Source: Vicugna vicugna (Eukaryota). Taken from it: DNA of 64,000 nucleotides. Within the stretch, counting starts at the first letter, position 1. Every line of letters begins with the position of its first letter. The stretch spans positions 1 through 64,000 of the forward strand of contig MU058134.1 of NCBI GenBank assembly GCA_013265495.1, read 5' to 3'. This document shows, piece by piece, positions 62,120 through 64,000 of the stretch. The notes beneath the pieces were generated by a model. That model made no database searches. It saw nothing but the letters and a program-made list of their open reading frames with translations, and was not told the DNA's origin. The position numbers and the translations under genes were made by a program.

Positions 62120-63210
62120 ACCAAAAGACTTCTAGAAAAAAGCATAGGGTAAAACCTTTGTAATTCTCAGTTAGGCAAAGATTTCTTAAATAGTCAACAA
62201 AAGAACAGTCTATATAAGAAAAAAAATTGATAAATTATACCTCATAAAGTTAAATATTTATTCTTCATAAACATTATTCAGAGAATGAAAAGTCTCATAA
62301 TATTTACAAATGCATATTTCACAGAAGACTGGTATGTAGAATACAAGAAGAATGCTTAGTCTCAGAGTAAAATTTCCAATTAAAAATGGACAAAATATTT
62401 GTATAGACAATTCACCAAATAAGGAATATAGCAAGTAACACATAAAAGATATTCAGTATCATTAGTCATTAGGGAAATGCAAATGAAATTAAAATAAGAT
62501 ACCACTATACACCTGTTTAAATGGCTAAAAACTAAGAAGACTGAACATTTCAAGTGCTGACAAGGGATCAGATTACCTACAACTCTCATACACTGCTGGT
62601 GGGAAAGTATTTCATAAAAAGTAAAGCATAACTACCATATAGCCCAGTCTACCATCACTAGGTATTTACTTAAGAGAAAAGAAAGCATACATCCATAAAA
62701 TAATAGTATAGAAATATTCATAAAAGCTTATTTTTTAAATCTCCAAACTGGAAACAACCCAAATGTTCATCAACAGGTGAATGGATAGACAAAGTGGTAT
62801 ATCCATGAAATGGAATACTATTCAGCAGAGAAAAAGACTGAACTCTTAATATGTATAACAATAGAGAATGGGTCCCAAAATCACTATGATGAGTGAAAGA
62901 ACCCAGACAAAAGCAGGAGTAATACCATGATTCCATTTGTATTAAAATTCTAGAAATGGGAACCACTGTATAGTCACACAAAGGATAACTGTTGTTATCC
63001 AGGGGTGGGGCTTGGTGAGATTACAGGGTAGGAGAACAAAGGAGCACAAAGAACCTTTTGGAGATGATGGGTAGTTTCCTTATGTTGATTGTGGTCATGG
63101 TTCCAAGGCTGCATATATATGTCAAAATGTATCAGATAGTATACTTTATGTACATTTTATTTCAGGTCAACTCCATATATCTAAATTAATTGTTTAAAAA
63201 CAAATAAAAA
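62120..63210 (+). mobile_element. Old L1M ORF2 3' end + 3' UTR
   Basis: ttaggcaaagatttctta...agtcattagggaaatgcaaat...aactggaaacaacccaaatgttcatcaacaggtgaatggat. Confidence 0.88.
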
Positions 63211-63229
63211 AGATAGGTTTCTATATGAA

Positions 63230-63810
63230 TTGAGGGAAAAGTAAGTGATGAAGCTGGACAGGTAAGCTAGGGCTCAGATGGTCAAACAAGTTTTCACAGG
63301 TTTGAATAGTCCTGTGTGTAATGGGAAGCCTACTGAGACTGATAAAAGACTGAAGTTGTCTGATCAGACCACCAAGGAATATACCCCGAAGGAAGTGTGT
63401 GGATTTTGAACTTGAATGGCAAGAATGTGGTACTGGGAACATACTAGTTAGAAAGGTTGTACAATTCTTTAATTAAAATCTGATGATGGTTAAGTTAAGC
63501 AGGGCCAATGGAAAAAGTGAGGGAGACTGATTTGAGCTATAGTCATAAAGTATAAGAATTCAGTCTATAAGAACTGATGACCCATGAAACCTGAGAGCGT
63601 TTGGAGAGTTTTAGATCAAAGATGTACTAAGTTTGGAAGGCTCAGCACATGACAATTCCACAAGACTAGGGTATAAAACAAGGCTGAGGGAGGGAGATAA
63701 TGACTGAGATTTTGCACATGTTGAATGGATCAGGTGAAGGGATGATACTCAAATGAGACTAGCAGTCAGTGAAAAATATAAGTGGAAGTTGGGACAGAAA
63801 TGTAGATTGG
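63230..63810 (-). mobile_element. Probable L2 fragment
   Basis: Purine-rich degenerate gtaatgggaagcctactgag...gattttgcacatgttga...gtagattggggaat pattern. Confidence 0.45.
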
Positions 63811-64000
63811 GGAATAAATACTTAATAGTTCAAAATAAAAGGAAGGATGACATCATTCAGGTAGAGTGTATACATCTATCAAAATTCATCAAATTATATA
63901 TCTAACATATATGTAGTTTACTATACAGCAACCATAGTACAATAAAGGTGTTAAAAAAAAAGCCCTTCAGTAGGAAAAAAAAGAAAAAAAAGAAAAATGT

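Overview
Mammalian genomic DNA, most likely camelid. The taxon is inferred from tRNA-derived SINEs starting GGGGAGGGTATAGCTCAAGTGGTAGAG and from the young LINE-1 copies. No complete protein-coding gene, RNA gene, CRISPR array or prokaryotic system is present. The window reads as a mosaic of duplicated gene pieces among repeats. (i) An intron-containing partial ASB9 copy has four ankyrin-repeat exons on the minus strand at 24.9-32.0 kb, with an in-frame 18-bp deletion, a break inside its last visible exon, and no 5' exons or SOCS box. (ii) A lone PREX1 exon with intact splice sites and an in-frame stop lies at 47.5-47.7 kb. (iii) A ~2.5-kb GC/CpG-rich array of ~160-bp monomers with a ~975-bp higher-order period lies at 49.7-52.2 kb and is followed by a clean spliced exon. 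(iv) Two sets of decayed exons could not be named; one (6.7-8.2 kb, minus) has the motif order of a protein-kinase-like domain. Young L1 fragments sit at several apparent block junctions. Most ORFs in the supplied track are L1-derived or chance GC-rich frames. Gene and repeat-family names come from recognition of the sequence, not from database searches.
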